A DNA stretch of 64,000 nucleotides, taken from IMG/VR virus record IMGVR_UViG_3300033068_001265, positions 1 through 64,000 of that record. One strand, written 5' to 3'. Below are positions 29,071 through 39,600 of the stretch, piece by piece. Within the stretch, counting starts at the first letter, position 1. The number at the start of each line of letters is the position of its first letter. This DNA comes from a virus. Taxonomy: Duplodnaviria; Caudoviricetes. The translations under genes were made by a program, and so were the position numbers. Under the pieces are notes generated by a model. It had not been told where the DNA came from, made no database searches, and saw nothing but the letters and a program-made list of their open reading frames with translations.

Positions 29071-29291
29071 AGTGGCTCCACGTCCCTACCATACTTCTCT
29101 GTAAATGCCACCAAACCCTCTTCTTTCGTCTCGAAATTTCCCTCTGGGACTGTCCTGCACCTACCGCAACGACCTACTGGACTCCAAGTTGCAATAGGCC
29201 ACACATAACACTCGCAATGCATATAGACAATAGGACCTACCAAATCCATCATCGCCTTTGCCTTTATCTCGTGGAAAGAAACTTCAGACAA
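29067..29291 (-). CDS. small Cys-containing hypothetical protein
   Basis: CEC, CGRC; overlaps the primase start. Confidence 0.45.
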   Translation of the reverse strand: MSEVSFHEIKAKAMMDLVGPIVYMHCECYVWPIATWSPVGRCGRCRTVPEGNFETKEEGLVAFTEKYGRDVEPL

Positions 29292-29297
29292 ACTCTC

Positions 29298-29368
29298 GTA
29301 CCCGGCCCTGAGTCGAACAGGGGTCGTCCCACTTACAAGGTGGGGCTCTGCCGTTGAGCTACCGGGTT
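29298..29368 (-). tRNA. tRNA-Thr(UGU), atypical acceptor stem, no encoded CCA
   Basis: AACCCGG TA GCTC AACGGCA GAGC C CCCAC CT-TGT-AA GTGGG ACGAC CCCTG TTCGACT CAGGG CCGGGTA C. Confidence 0.75.
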
Positions 29369-29384
29369 TTATCAGATTCCTAGA

Positions 29385-29858
29385 TCAGAAGGACTCTTCG
29401 GTGAGGAAATTCTTGGTCCCTGAGGCCCGGAGAACGTCTTTGACCGCATGAGCCTTCGTTCCGTCCTGCTTGGTCTTGTTCCGAACCAGCACACGACAAC
29501 GTAGACCCGTCAGATCTGGAGCAACGTTGTTCTCGTCCAGACGGAGAGTGTAATCGTCGGGGAGCCGATCAAGGCCATAAATGGCCGTCAGCCAATGCCG
29601 AAGACGGCAGGTATCCGAATCATTCAAGTACGGCTTAGCAGAGCCGAAAATCCACTGATTCTTGAACTCACCCTCGGTGATCTTGAACGAGAAAGAGATC
29701 TCACTCTCATCAGTAATGCCATACCGTGCTCGGAATTCGGGGCTGATCTCGCGAAGTTCAACCTTGACCACTTCCACATCGACTAGCTCGTTCTCTGGGA
29801 TAACCGGCCACTTAGGCTCATCCTTTAGTGCCGTTCCAGAACTCATTGCAATTTCCAT
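29385..29858 (-). CDS. putative single-stranded DNA-binding protein (OB fold)
   Basis: Position after the exonuclease and AAA_24 genes; FKITEGEFK, DLTGLRCRVLV, acidic end ending in F. Confidence 0.55.
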   Translation of the reverse strand: MEIAMSSGTALKDEPKWPVIPENELVDVEVVKVELREISPEFRARYGITDESEISFSFKITEGEFKNQWIFGSAKPYLNDSDTCRLRHWLTAIYGLDRLPDDYTLRLDENNVAPDLTGLRCRVLVRNKTKQDGTKAHAVKDVLRASGTKNFLTEESF

Positions 29859-29886
29859 TTACAGTTTCCTTTTCAGTTTCAAAGTC

Positions 29887-30843
29887 TCAATTTTTCTTCT
29901 TGAAACAGTCCTCACAATGGACTGCCCCAAATCTTAACGTGGATAAATCGACCCACGTCTTGGGGACATCTGTCGCCCCACAAGATTCACAAATATCTCC
30001 CCCATTAACAGATTCTTGATTTACTGGGTTAGGATTGTTTTCTTCAGCTGCTATAGCTTCATCAATACTGATCTGACCGGGGATTTCTGTAGAAAGTTCC
30101 TCGGCTTCTTGAGGTTTGTCTTCAATCACCTCAGTCAAGGATGGTCGAACACTTCTAGAATCCAAGGCCTTGAATAGGGTCTCAAAATCCGAGACGAAGT
30201 TTACATCCTGATACCCAGATGTTGTTCTAGTAAAATCAGAACACCACTCAGCTTCAGCAACAGGTGCTGTGACTAGATAGAACTCTTGGGTGCTTGGGGC
30301 ATCTCCCGATTCTGGGGTGGTGTTAGCCCTGAGCCAAAGCATGTGAGTAAAAAACTGAGCCATCTGATTCTGGAAAGCCCCCTGAACAGAGGGGAGCATA
30401 ACCGATCTGTTCCCAACCTGAACATCCTTGATACCCGTTGTCACCACCACATGAACGTCCAGAGTAGATAGTTTCGTGAAGATGGCTCGAAGGCGTTTCT
30501 CCAACCACTTCCAGTCATCGAAATTCAACTCATTTCGATGCTCCCGCTTTAGGCGATTATCTAAAAGGATATTTTGAAACGAATCTAACCCGTCTAGGAT
30601 AAGAGTCTCAAATTCGGACTCTTCAATGACTTGAGTTAGTTGAAATAAATCATCCTCGCTGCCAATATCAGTATACTTGTATTCCAGTACAGCCAACTCT
30701 GTTGAATTAGAGCCAGACGCTGCAACGATGGGATTTGGGAATTGCCGAGCAAATTCCAGTTTCCGAACTCCAGCCCCACCAGCCAAAAGCATCTTCAGCT
30801 TCTGGGGGTACTCGTCCGTCCCGGCTTGCTTAACTTCGATCAT
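29887..30843 (-). CDS. AAA_24/Sak4-like ATPase-fold protein with C-terminal Zn finger
   Basis: LKMLLAGGAGVRK (degenerate Walker A), TLILDGL, CESC..CEDC. Confidence 0.65.
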   Translation of the reverse strand: MIEVKQAGTDEYPQKLKMLLAGGAGVRKLEFARQFPNPIVAASGSNSTELAVLEYKYTDIGSEDDLFQLTQVIEESEFETLILDGLDSFQNILLDNRLKREHRNELNFDDWKWLEKRLRAIFTKLSTLDVHVVVTTGIKDVQVGNRSVMLPSVQGAFQNQMAQFFTHMLWLRANTTPESGDAPSTQEFYLVTAPVAEAEWCSDFTRTTSGYQDVNFVSDFETLFKALDSRSVRPSLTEVIEDKPQEAEELSTEIPGQISIDEAIAAEENNPNPVNQESVNGGDICESCGATDVPKTWVDLSTLRFGAVHCEDCFKKKN

Positions 30844-30852
30844 CTATTTCTC

Positions 30853-31665
30853 CTAGATCCCGACAAATGAAGGACATACGTCCTGGTATGCACAAAACTT
30901 GCAAGAATCGCCCGTAATCGTCGGAACATACACATCCTCTCTGATGGCTCTCTCGATCGAGTCACACAAATAGATCATCCTGTCGATGTCACGCTGGTCA
31001 CGCTGGCCGACATCATACTCCTTGTGCTTGCGAGCATCGTACCAGACAACTCGGATGTCTGAACCTATGAACTTCTTGAACAAGTTCTCGCCGTCAGAAA
31101 CGCCTGCATACTTTTCGATTTCTGGCTCCCAGCCAACCCAGAACTCTCGTTGCTGGATGGCGTACCAGTAGGAGGTCATTTGAAGATCAGCGCGAAGATT
31201 GTCAAAGTTTGGACGTGATCCCGTCTTTAGGTCCTCGCAGATGAGGGTATTGGTATCCGGGTCAAACTGAACGTTGTCAACTATACCAGAAATGGTATGG
31301 TTTCCGAGGGGAACCTGAAATCGAATCTCTGTTCCTATGATTTCTCGGTTGAGCCACTTCTGGTTTTCGTGGTACCCTTCAATCGCTTCTATCCCACGTT
31401 TGCGATAGGCTTCATGACTTGTTCTCTGCGGATAGTAATCCGGGAGGATGTCCATCGCAACAGGGTTATCCCAGACCATTTTAAAGAAATCAAGACAGTC
31501 CTCGATTGGTTTACCCAGTAGATACATCTCGATGCATTTATGCACCAAGGTTCCAAAGCTAGCCGCCGCTGATTTTAACTCGATAACATCAGGATATTCC
31601 TGGGCCAGCTTGTATTGCAAGTTGCAGGACTGGAACTTCTTCAGCATACTTGGATTAAATTTCAC
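30853..31665 (-). CDS. PD-(D/E)xK RecB/Cas4-like exonuclease
   Basis: FQSC, FGTLVH, GIVD, EDLKTG, QMTSY, CKFCAYQDVC. Confidence 0.85.
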   Translation of the reverse strand: MKFNPSMLKKFQSCNLQYKLAQEYPDVIELKSAAASFGTLVHKCIEMYLLGKPIEDCLDFFKMVWDNPVAMDILPDYYPQRTSHEAYRKRGIEAIEGYHENQKWLNREIIGTEIRFQVPLGNHTISGIVDNVQFDPDTNTLICEDLKTGSRPNFDNLRADLQMTSYWYAIQQREFWVGWEPEIEKYAGVSDGENLFKKFIGSDIRVVWYDARKHKEYDVGQRDQRDIDRMIYLCDSIERAIREDVYVPTITGDSCKFCAYQDVCPSFVGI

Positions 31666-31958
31666 TTGCGCAACAACTCCAACAAAAACTGGACCTCTAA
31701 ACTAGAACAATCCAAAGCATCCATTATTCGAACAAATTTATCAGCTGACGGGACCTGCCCACTCTCAATCTTCGAGACATACGATGATGATGCCCCGATT
31801 TCAGCAGCCAAAGCCCTAGAGGACATTTCTTTACGGCTACGTAGATACTTGATAACGGCACCCAAATCGTACGGTTCAGCGATGGTCTGCAAAAACGATA
31901 GACTTTCCACAATTAAAACACGTCCAGTAGTCTTGATCTTGATCCAGCCAACCCCCAT
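31662..31958 (-). CDS. XRE-family HTH regulator (start uncertain)
   Basis: LGAVIKYLR..MSSRALAAEIGASSSYVSKIESG. Confidence 0.75.
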   Translation of the reverse strand: MGVGWIKIKTTGRVLIVESLSFLQTIAEPYDLGAVIKYLRSRKEMSSRALAAEIGASSSYVSKIESGQVPSADKFVRIMDALDCSSLEVQFLLELLRK

Positions 31959-32307
31959 ACTTTGACAGATGGGGGCAGGTTACAGCAAACTTGAAGATGC
32001 TAGGCATTGCCTCAATTGCATTTTCCGGGGTAAGGTAGATGTCATCAGCCGAGATCATTTTCTCAGACTGTATCCAGCCTAGAATCGTCCCACGAGATTC
32101 GAACACGGTAACATCCGTATATGGTGGATCAGTGTACAGCATCTTCTCGCGTCGCTCAGCTGTTAAGATACTTACAGAGGTTCCTGCTATATCAAAAAAC
32201 CTGACCCCTCTCGGGGTGTAATTTTTGGATACATCTAAATCTGGGTGATACTGATCACAGAAACCCTTCATGGCTTCTTTGGCCGAAGGTGAAAGCAGAA
32301 CCGTCAT
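31876..32307 (-). CDS. hypothetical protein
   Basis: Coupled ORF; CPH..CFNC. Confidence 0.5.
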   Translation of the reverse strand: MTVLLSPSAKEAMKGFCDQYHPDLDVSKNYTPRGVRFFDIAGTSVSILTAERREKMLYTDPPYTDVTVFESRGTILGWIQSEKMISADDIYLTPENAIEAMPSIFKFAVTCPHLSKYGGWLDQDQDYWTCFNCGKSIVFADHR

Positions 32308-32591
32308 CCGAAACTTGCCCCCTGCAACCTGTAATCATCGGGATAAGCTCTAGCTGCCGCTTGAGCTAGAACTCGCCACTGTAAATCATGGATGTGGCTG
32401 ACGAACTCTGATAAGTCACGCTCGAAGTTGGGTCCCGGCTCAAGAATATCGTGTTTGTAAGTAGAGGCACACTCACCTAGTACCCTGATGACATCCTTCT
32501 CAGCCGGAGTTAAGAATTCCTTCTTCTTACTCACTATACATCTCCTCATAGGGATCAGATAGCCAGAATAAAATATCAACCCAGTTAGCAA
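32304..32591 (-). CDS. hypothetical protein (start probably GTG near 32534)
   Basis: HDLQWRVLAQAAARAYP resembles small actinophage proteins. Confidence 0.5.
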   Translation of the reverse strand: MLTGLIFYSGYLIPMRRCIVSKKKEFLTPAEKDVIRVLGECASTYKHDILEPGPNFERDLSEFVSHIHDLQWRVLAQAAARAYPDDYRLQGASFG

Positions 32592-32922
32592 CAGAAACAG
32601 ATCTACTGAAAACTACCACTCCATGCAGCGGAAGGTCGCCAGTGTAGTTCTCTGCATATTCATCCATGGATGCGCCAGTTGTGTACACATCATCAACCAC
32701 CAGATGATAAGCCCCATCTGGACTCGTGTAATTTTCCAATTCTGTAGCTAATCGAGTACCCCCCGTGGGAATTCCTGACACGGAAGCGAAGGGCTTCTTT
32801 CGTGTAGCAATCAGATAAGCTAAAGCTGTGATGTCTTCATTAGTAAAACCATCGCAATCAATTTTCCAACGTGAACGTTCTCCACTGTGCAGGGTGAACT
32901 CACCAAATCGGAATAAAGTCAT
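32527..32922 (-). CDS. orotate-phosphoribosyltransferase-like PRTase (short)
   Basis: FGEFTLHSG..S.WKID, GIPTGG, PRPP motif LVVDDVYTTGAS. Confidence 0.8.
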   Translation of the reverse strand: MTLFRFGEFTLHSGERSRWKIDCDGFTNEDITALAYLIATRKKPFASVSGIPTGGTRLATELENYTSPDGAYHLVVDDVYTTGASMDEYAENYTGDLPLHGVVVFSRSVSVANWVDILFWLSDPYEEMYSE

Positions 32923-33215
32923 CCGGATTCCTTCCGTGAACGTCTTGTTGCCACCCTACCACCAACCAGACGCACCGGATCACATTGGCGAACCTTTTCT
33001 GGAAAAAAGAAATCGAACAAGTGCAGAGTGAGAAGAGTCCACGCCACGATCAGGGGCCATCTATGAATCGGGTGAGCCAACCCCGATCGAAAGGCGGTGG
33101 ACATGGTGTAAAATCCATCTTTACCCCTCCGCTCAAATGAGATTAAAATTATATCAGCAGTTACGATGTAGGCCGTTAACCCAAGCCAAGCGTAATGAGG
33201 TGGCTGTAGGTTCAT
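32919..33215 (-). CDS. small membrane protein (actinophage AW..L / TMS / HL type)
   Basis: Two hydrophobic segments; at the end of the tail module. Confidence 0.5.
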   Translation of the reverse strand: MNLQPPHYAWLGLTAYIVTADIILISFERRGKDGFYTMSTAFRSGLAHPIHRWPLIVAWTLLTLHLFDFFFPEKVRQCDPVRLVGGRVATRRSRKESG

Positions 33216-33589
33216 GACCAATCCAATGCAACCGCCTCAATCTGAAACGAATGATACCAAGGAGCTTGTCTCTTCAATTGCCTGGTTAAACTCAGGTCGG
33301 TAATATAGAACCAAATATCTTCACCCAAATCAGTAGTCATGCGAATTTGAGAGCGGGTATTTGTAAGAAACTTCAGTGTGTTCATCTGATTTTCTTCTAG
33401 GGTTACGCCTGACATAGAGTATTGAGTAGGGCCATGCCGACCTTCAAAAGAAACAACCTGACCAGCACAAGTCCTAGATGTTGAAATACTTTTTTTACTC
33501 AAAGAAACTTTAAAGGTACTCGGGTTAATTTCCAAACCTTGACTTAATCCTGAAACCGGGTCGTACCAAACCCATGGAATCCGTGACAT
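33212..33589 (-). CDS. putative tail-tip/distal-tail-like protein
   Basis: Context; paralogous pattern to the upstream gene (EINP / EVNP ... TDLG / DDLG). Confidence 0.5.
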   Translation of the reverse strand: MSRIPWVWYDPVSGLSQGLEINPSTFKVSLSKKSISTSRTCAGQVVSFEGRHGPTQYSMSGVTLEENQMNTLKFLTNTRSQIRMTTDLGEDIWFYITDLSLTRQLKRQAPWYHSFQIEAVALDWS

Positions 33590-33981
33590 TACAGCACCTC
33601 CAGCACATAACCAGTGAAAGAGAATTCCATTCTATTCGGATGAGCACGCTTAGGTGCCCTAGTGAACTCCAGAGAATCTAAGTATACCAGAGAGGATTGG
33701 CCTAGGTCATCTGTGAGTATTAAAGGCTCCTCTTTAGAATACCACTCTGAGAGACTGGTATTCTGTCCGGCTGTTAACAATACCCCACTGTACTGAACCC
33801 TGGCTATTTCGTCGGTTGTTTCATGCACGACGGTTTTACCAGAATACCCTGCCGCAACGGCGTAGGTTGGAGATTTGCTTACTCCCAGCGACCCACCATC
33901 TGCTTTGGGGTTGACTTCGAAATAGTAGATCTCGGGAGTCGTCCCTGTGGTGGCCAATGACCAAGCTGCTCTTGACATCAT
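33589..33981 (-). CDS. putative tail-tip/distal-tail-like protein
   Basis: Context; FEVNP...LTDDLG. Confidence 0.5.
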   Translation of the reverse strand: MMSRAAWSLATTGTTPEIYYFEVNPKADGGSLGVSKSPTYAVAAGYSGKTVVHETTDEIARVQYSGVLLTAGQNTSLSEWYSKEEPLILTDDLGQSSLVYLDSLEFTRAPKRAHPNRMEFSFTGYVLEVL

Positions 33982-34406
33982 ACAGCCTTCCCGTATATCT
34001 GGACAGCTATATCTTCGTGCTCAGACTCGCCAGAGAACGCTACAGCTATCCAATTATCCGATGTTATGATGGGGTAGTTCATGGTTCTATTTGGAAGCCC
34101 GACCACGCCAGAAACACTTCTTTTGGAAGCCACCAAATCAATCGACGCCACGATGGATCCAGCTGTATTAAAAAGCTCATCTCCCAGGAGTAGGGCTATA
34201 GTTAAGGTCGATGTGCCAGTGGTTAAGGCTGTAACATACCACTGTTGAAGAAAGATTGAGTGAGGTGGAATCCATCGCTGGGTTGTAATTTGTAACGATG
34301 GGCCAGCTAAACTAAATGGTGGAATGTAACTGGACTCGGGTCTTTCGCTGGATACAAAAACGTTTGAATCTGTATTTTGAACGAACCGCATTGTTTGACG
34401 AGCCAT
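33978..34406 (-). CDS. putative minor tail protein
   Basis: Context; beta-rich. Confidence 0.45.
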   Translation of the reverse strand: MARQTMRFVQNTDSNVFVSSERPESSYIPPFSLAGPSLQITTQRWIPPHSIFLQQWYVTALTTGTSTLTIALLLGDELFNTAGSIVASIDLVASKRSVSGVVGLPNRTMNYPIITSDNWIAVAFSGESEHEDIAVQIYGKAV

Positions 34407-34408
34407 GA

Positions 34409-34810
34409 TCACACCGGATTCGAGTAGGCTGTCCCGTCCATATGCCAAATAGCAAATAAACGAGAACCGGGAGGTCCCTTAGTTACAACACCCAAAGTTG
34501 CTCCTGTGTATAGATTAGAAAATGGGGGAATGTCCTCTATCCTCCACTTAAGCACCACCATTGAAATAGACGGCATTCTGGTCGGAATCAAAAGGTCTCC
34601 ATCTCGCACTTCAGCCGCAAAGGACAGTAAGGGCTTTTCCGAGAACTTAACTGGAAAAATAACCTCAACCTCGACCTCTCCCATGCCATCAAGTAGGAAT
34701 TGACCAGAAGCCCTAGTGGGACCAGCACTCATGTCGCTAAGCCCCCTGGTGTCAAACCTGTCTTGATTTAGTTTGCGTCTAAATCGCTCTAATTCGCTCA
34801 TAATAATCAC
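34409..34810 (-). CDS. putative minor tail protein
   Basis: Context. Confidence 0.45.
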   Translation of the reverse strand: MIIMSELERFRRKLNQDRFDTRGLSDMSAGPTRASGQFLLDGMGEVEVEVIFPVKFSEKPLLSFAAEVRDGDLLIPTRMPSISMVVLKWRIEDIPPFSNLYTGATLGVVTKGPPGSRLFAIWHMDGTAYSNPV

Positions 34811-36621
34811 AGGTACTTGGTACTAGCCAAAGTTAAGGTATCGAAATTATCGCTATAGATACCAATACGAAGAATAGCCGTCCCTGACTCACCCCTATCA
34901 CCGTAAATTGAAATCCTGTAAACTCCCTCCTCTAAGTTGCCTAACGACAACCGACCATTGCCCGTAGGTAACTCACTCGCCAAATAGAATGGCGTAGCAC
35001 TATCATTTTGGATCAAAATGGATCCGTTTAACAGAATCTTCTCTGAGATAGAAGCTACTCGCAACTCCGCTCCAATCATTTCTGACGGAACTGTCAGTAT
35101 CCCAGTAAAGGACCACCCATAATTAGACGTGGATAACTGTGGTGAGTTGAAGAAAGGTGGAGTAGATCCACTCAAGTCAACGAAGGCATAATCTCCGCTA
35201 TCCAGATTGTCATTCATTAATTCCAGATAATCATTTGCGCCGTCTTGTGCTGCATACCCAAAACCGGTCCCATCCATAATAACCAAAGGGGTTGATCCCA
35301 CCAAAGATTTTAAGTACTGAATAACCAAAGGCCACTCACCACTATCAAATTCGCCCGAAATGGCTACACCATCAAAAGTGAACTCCGGTGTTGCTGCCTG
35401 CGATGAAGCCAGAAATAGTTCCAAAAAATCTATATCCCTGGAGTCCAGGGATACACCATTGAACAAATCATCATACCCCTCACCCCTCGCCCCTAGATGA
35501 ATGTTGGGGCCATACAACCGCACCCCCGGTCGGACAGAACGAAATGTGGTATCAACGGCCTGGAACAACTCGGCGTACCGTCGATAATCCCAACTACCCA
35601 TGGTGCAGCCAGGGGTAGCATCGTAATATGATGACCCACTATCTGATCCGCATAACATGCCTAAATTATCTTTCCAAACAATAAAATCGTTTACAGTCGG
35701 GTAATCAGACAGAATATCTACCCAAGCATCGACAATACTAAGTTCAGGTGCCCCACTGGGGGTTGCATCATTTGACACGTATTCACTCGGAGCAAATGCT
35801 AGAGTGCAAAATGGAATAAGGGATTGATTCTGCATCTCTGTTAAGAGGGAAACGAATTGGGTATCGTCGGATCCCAGAACCGGGAGATTCCCTAGGTCTG
35901 GCCAAGGAAACTCATCCCCATCATAAACCATGGTCTCGCTAAAATTCAACCCCCTTTCTGTGGCTATAACATCAAAGGTGGCTCCATCAGTAACTCCACC
36001 TACAAAATCACGTACCTTACAGTTCCTAAATCTGGTCAGCAGACTAAACCCGACAGGGTTATGAGTTCCATCCACAACAAACAATGTTGCATTGCCACAA
36101 ACAGTCGTAAGCCCACCAACACCATCCCACCTAAATTCGAAAAGTGACTCACCGGAAATGCTCACTGATGTAGTTTTTAAGACTGTCTCACTTCCGTTGA
36201 CAACAGAGGAAATGGAGAGCACCCCATCACTACTTATTTTAGCAATGTACCCATCATCTGCATCCAAAATACAAAGAGCGGCTTCCCAAACCCCTGGCTC
36301 CGGAGTTACGTGAATAACTACCCCTGACCCCCTGGTCCCTACTTTAAGATTGGTGAAAGTGAATGCAGCTAAATCTGTGCTGTTGAATGGGTGAGCAAAG
36401 GTCCCATCACAATAAACCGGAGTATCACCAAGGTCAATAAAAGGTGATGGATCAAGAGCTAAAGAACCCGTGGATGCCGCTGGAGTTGCTGAGCCTGCGA
36501 GCTCCCCTGTAATTCCCATGTCAGCAAAAACACAATCGACCTGAGGGATTGCGGCCTTCAGGAGGGTGTTGGGGTGGGTTTGAATACCTAAGTTCGGATA
36601 GGAACCATCAAATCTAGGCAT
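34807..36621 (-). CDS. minor tail/receptor-binding protein with degenerate GH-A (GH39-like) barrel
   Basis: YAELFQAVDTTFRSVRPGVRLYGPN, FDGVAISG, PLVIMD. Confidence 0.55.
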   Translation of the reverse strand: MPRFDGSYPNLGIQTHPNTLLKAAIPQVDCVFADMGITGELAGSATPAASTGSLALDPSPFIDLGDTPVYCDGTFAHPFNSTDLAAFTFTNLKVGTRGSGVVIHVTPEPGVWEAALCILDADDGYIAKISSDGVLSISSVVNGSETVLKTTSVSISGESLFEFRWDGVGGLTTVCGNATLFVVDGTHNPVGFSLLTRFRNCKVRDFVGGVTDGATFDVIATERGLNFSETMVYDGDEFPWPDLGNLPVLGSDDTQFVSLLTEMQNQSLIPFCTLAFAPSEYVSNDATPSGAPELSIVDAWVDILSDYPTVNDFIVWKDNLGMLCGSDSGSSYYDATPGCTMGSWDYRRYAELFQAVDTTFRSVRPGVRLYGPNIHLGARGEGYDDLFNGVSLDSRDIDFLELFLASSQAATPEFTFDGVAISGEFDSGEWPLVIQYLKSLVGSTPLVIMDGTGFGYAAQDGANDYLELMNDNLDSGDYAFVDLSGSTPPFFNSPQLSTSNYGWSFTGILTVPSEMIGAELRVASISEKILLNGSILIQNDSATPFYLASELPTGNGRLSLGNLEEGVYRISIYGDRGESGTAILRIGIYSDNFDTLTLASTKYL

Positions 36622-39600
36622 CAGTCAAACCCTCCATTGAGGGTAGCCAAAGAAGACCCATCTCCATGGAACTGTAATCCCTTATTAAGGGCATACTGCC
36701 ACCTATCAACTCGCTCCGAAACTCCGACGTGGGTAATTGGATTGTAGGTATTACTAGATGTGATGACCCAATCATCAGCGTCTCCTAGCCAATTAGTTTG
36801 AAGTTGCATCGTCCAGGTTCCTTGGTCTAAGTCAATGTTCGATGAAATCGCATTTATAATGTGATTATACACTTCACTCGTATTCCGTTCAATTAATCGG
36901 ATTTGATCGTTGATCGAAAAACATGGATTACCAATTACAGTAGCCGAACCAGTCCTCTGAGCAAACCAAATACGAAGAGAGATTAATTCGGCCATCAATA
37001 AGTTTTCTGTATCATTTTCAAAATGAGAATTAACCCATGCAGCAGGTCGATTAATGCCCCTAAGTGCCGGTACACCGGGTCTGACCTCTTCAGTTGCTGC
37101 TGGAGGGACGAAGCGAACGAACTTAGTTCGTGAAGGGTCATTGGGGTCCGGAAGATCTGACCCAATGATAATCTCCGATCTCAACGTATCACCATCTAGA
37201 GAGGCTTGGTATTCTAAAAGGTTCAACGCTTCATGTGCTACCGGAACATATGGTTCGGCTCCGGGAACCCCCTCTTCAACAAAATCCCAAGAACCATCCA
37301 TTTCGTACTTCACGAAAAGTTTCGTTCCACTAGGCGAACGGTTACCTGACTCCCAAAAATTTGGAGACTCAAAACGAAAATGCCCCTCTTCATCTACTTG
37401 AGCGGTGTACGCAACAATTTGTTTTAGTTCATTAATGCAATCAATCAATGTTCGTTTATCCCACTTCGATCCATCAAGCACTGAAGTAGTTGGTATTCCC
37501 ATGGTTTCTATATTACCTAGAATAGGAGGGCGTTCACCACTAGCCGAACCCACCCCGGTTGGATCTGCTGAATTGTAGTAAACAAACCCCGCCCAAGCTA
37601 AAAGATCCTTGATGATATCTGACATATCCTTTGTGTTGCCATCATGCCATCTATACCCTTGGCGATTCTTCCAACCCGGCTGCCCCCACCACTCAGCATT
37701 ATACCCTAGAACAGATCCATCAGCAATCAACACCCAAAACCCTGAACCATCCGGATCTCTTGAAATGCCCCAAACAAGCCCACGAAAAAAGCTCCAGTCT
37801 TGATTGTCGCCAGGGGTTGGAAGTTCTCCTATCTGACTATTATGTTCATAAACATATTGAGAACCTTGGTTTGTGGCGTCACCAAAGGCCGCTATATGTC
37901 CAGAAGGGAAAAGCAACCAGTAACCATTGCCAGATTGAGTCGTCTCTATCTGAACGGTCCACTCAGAGGGGTTTAGTTGGAAATTATTTGCCGCCCCTTG
38001 ATTGTACCAGCGATTTGTTAATTCACCATGAAATTCAGCCTCACCATAAGCAAAAACCTGACCACATCCGTCCGCTGCCCAAAATCCCATCTTCGTAGGA
38101 TGACCAACTACGCTAGTGCAAGCACGGTGGAATGAGTAAGCAGAGGACGGTGCGTATCGCACCTCAAATCCATAAGGGTTCCCCGCTGGATAAAGGTACA
38201 AGTAGGTGGGACCATAATTGACCATATAATTATATGCTGGAGTTATGGGTAGAGTTGTGTAGCTTGGAGTTGCATCACCAAAGCCGATAATGACACCATT
38301 TGAATAACAGACCCAATACCCGTTGCCTGTGTAGGTTGGGGTTATATCCATGGCATTATGTCCATCCATATAAGGATGAACACCAATCACCGTTTCACCA
38401 AAATGAGTAGCTGCCCCATAGGCATAAACCTTGCCGGTATTATCTAGAACCCAATACCCCTTGCCGGATGGATGGGCAGCTATTGATATAACATGAATGT
38501 TGTTTGCGCCATTAATCCCAGCAGAATACCCAATTGGAACAGCCCCATAGGTGGAGGAGTCATAATCTGCCGCATCACCAAATCCATAAATATTTCCATC
38601 ATCATCTGCTACCCAATATCCACGGACGGGGTGAGAAGCCATAGCGTATGTCCAAAGAACAGTATCAAATGGCGCATAATAATCCTCGACCTTCGCACCA
38701 GTTCTCTGAGCGATGCAAGTTCTTAAACCAGAACGATAATATGTTCCTCCACCATCAGTAACACCCGAGTAATAGAAGGAGGGTCCAAGGGTAATTCGAA
38801 CTTGCGTAGCTGTTACGGGGGCATCTAGCTGGATCACCAACTCAGGCTCAAACCCATCAGGTAGATGGTATGGTATCTGCATCTTCTTTAGATATGGAAC
38901 ATTCCCAACACCTATTTGTGGAACTGTATCACTACCCAACCAAGAAGATCCATCATAAACAGAAACATAAGCGGTATAACCTCCAGCCCATGCCCGAATA
39001 TCTACGGCATCAATAACCTGAGCACCACCAACGGTACTAAAACCCCACCAGTGATATGATGAACCAGATAAAGAATCTGATAGTGACGGTGACCAAGACC
39101 AGTTCGTTCGGTTCATATCAGCGGCCTCAGACCCATAATGTCCCGCTATTGCCCCATTTCCAAAGCTAGAATTCAAGTAATCCAATCGGACTTCAGCAAT
39201 AGAAGCAAGACCCACTCCAGTAACTGGCTTAGCCCCGAACGAACTATCGAAAGCTGATTTTCCTGGGGGAAAATATTCCAATGGATACAGAGCGGTCGGA
39301 ATAACCGGAGGAAATACGATCTGTTCCAGTAGTAACCTGCCAACATCCCTACATTCAATGAGCAAAGTTCCACCAGAACCGCCTGAAATGCGGTCAATTA
39401 ACCACACTCCTGTCATCATGATATAGCCTTGGCTCTCGGCATCCTCAATGGACAGATTTAGCCCACCATAACCCGCCCTTGTACGAATCAGCGCATTAGG
39501 AATAAGAACATTACTCCACTCAAAAGCAGCATCCCAAGTTCCATCACTGTAGTAAGCGCCGGTGGCGACCGACTGATTCCAGAGCAAGTTAGCTTCAGAT

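Noticed and set aside
29298-29368. tRNA as attP / prophage boundary
   Set aside because: No integrase or host genes in the window; both flanks are phage replication genes
30853-31665. Cas4 as part of a CRISPR system
   Set aside because: No cas1/cas2 or array; typical phage recombination exonuclease context
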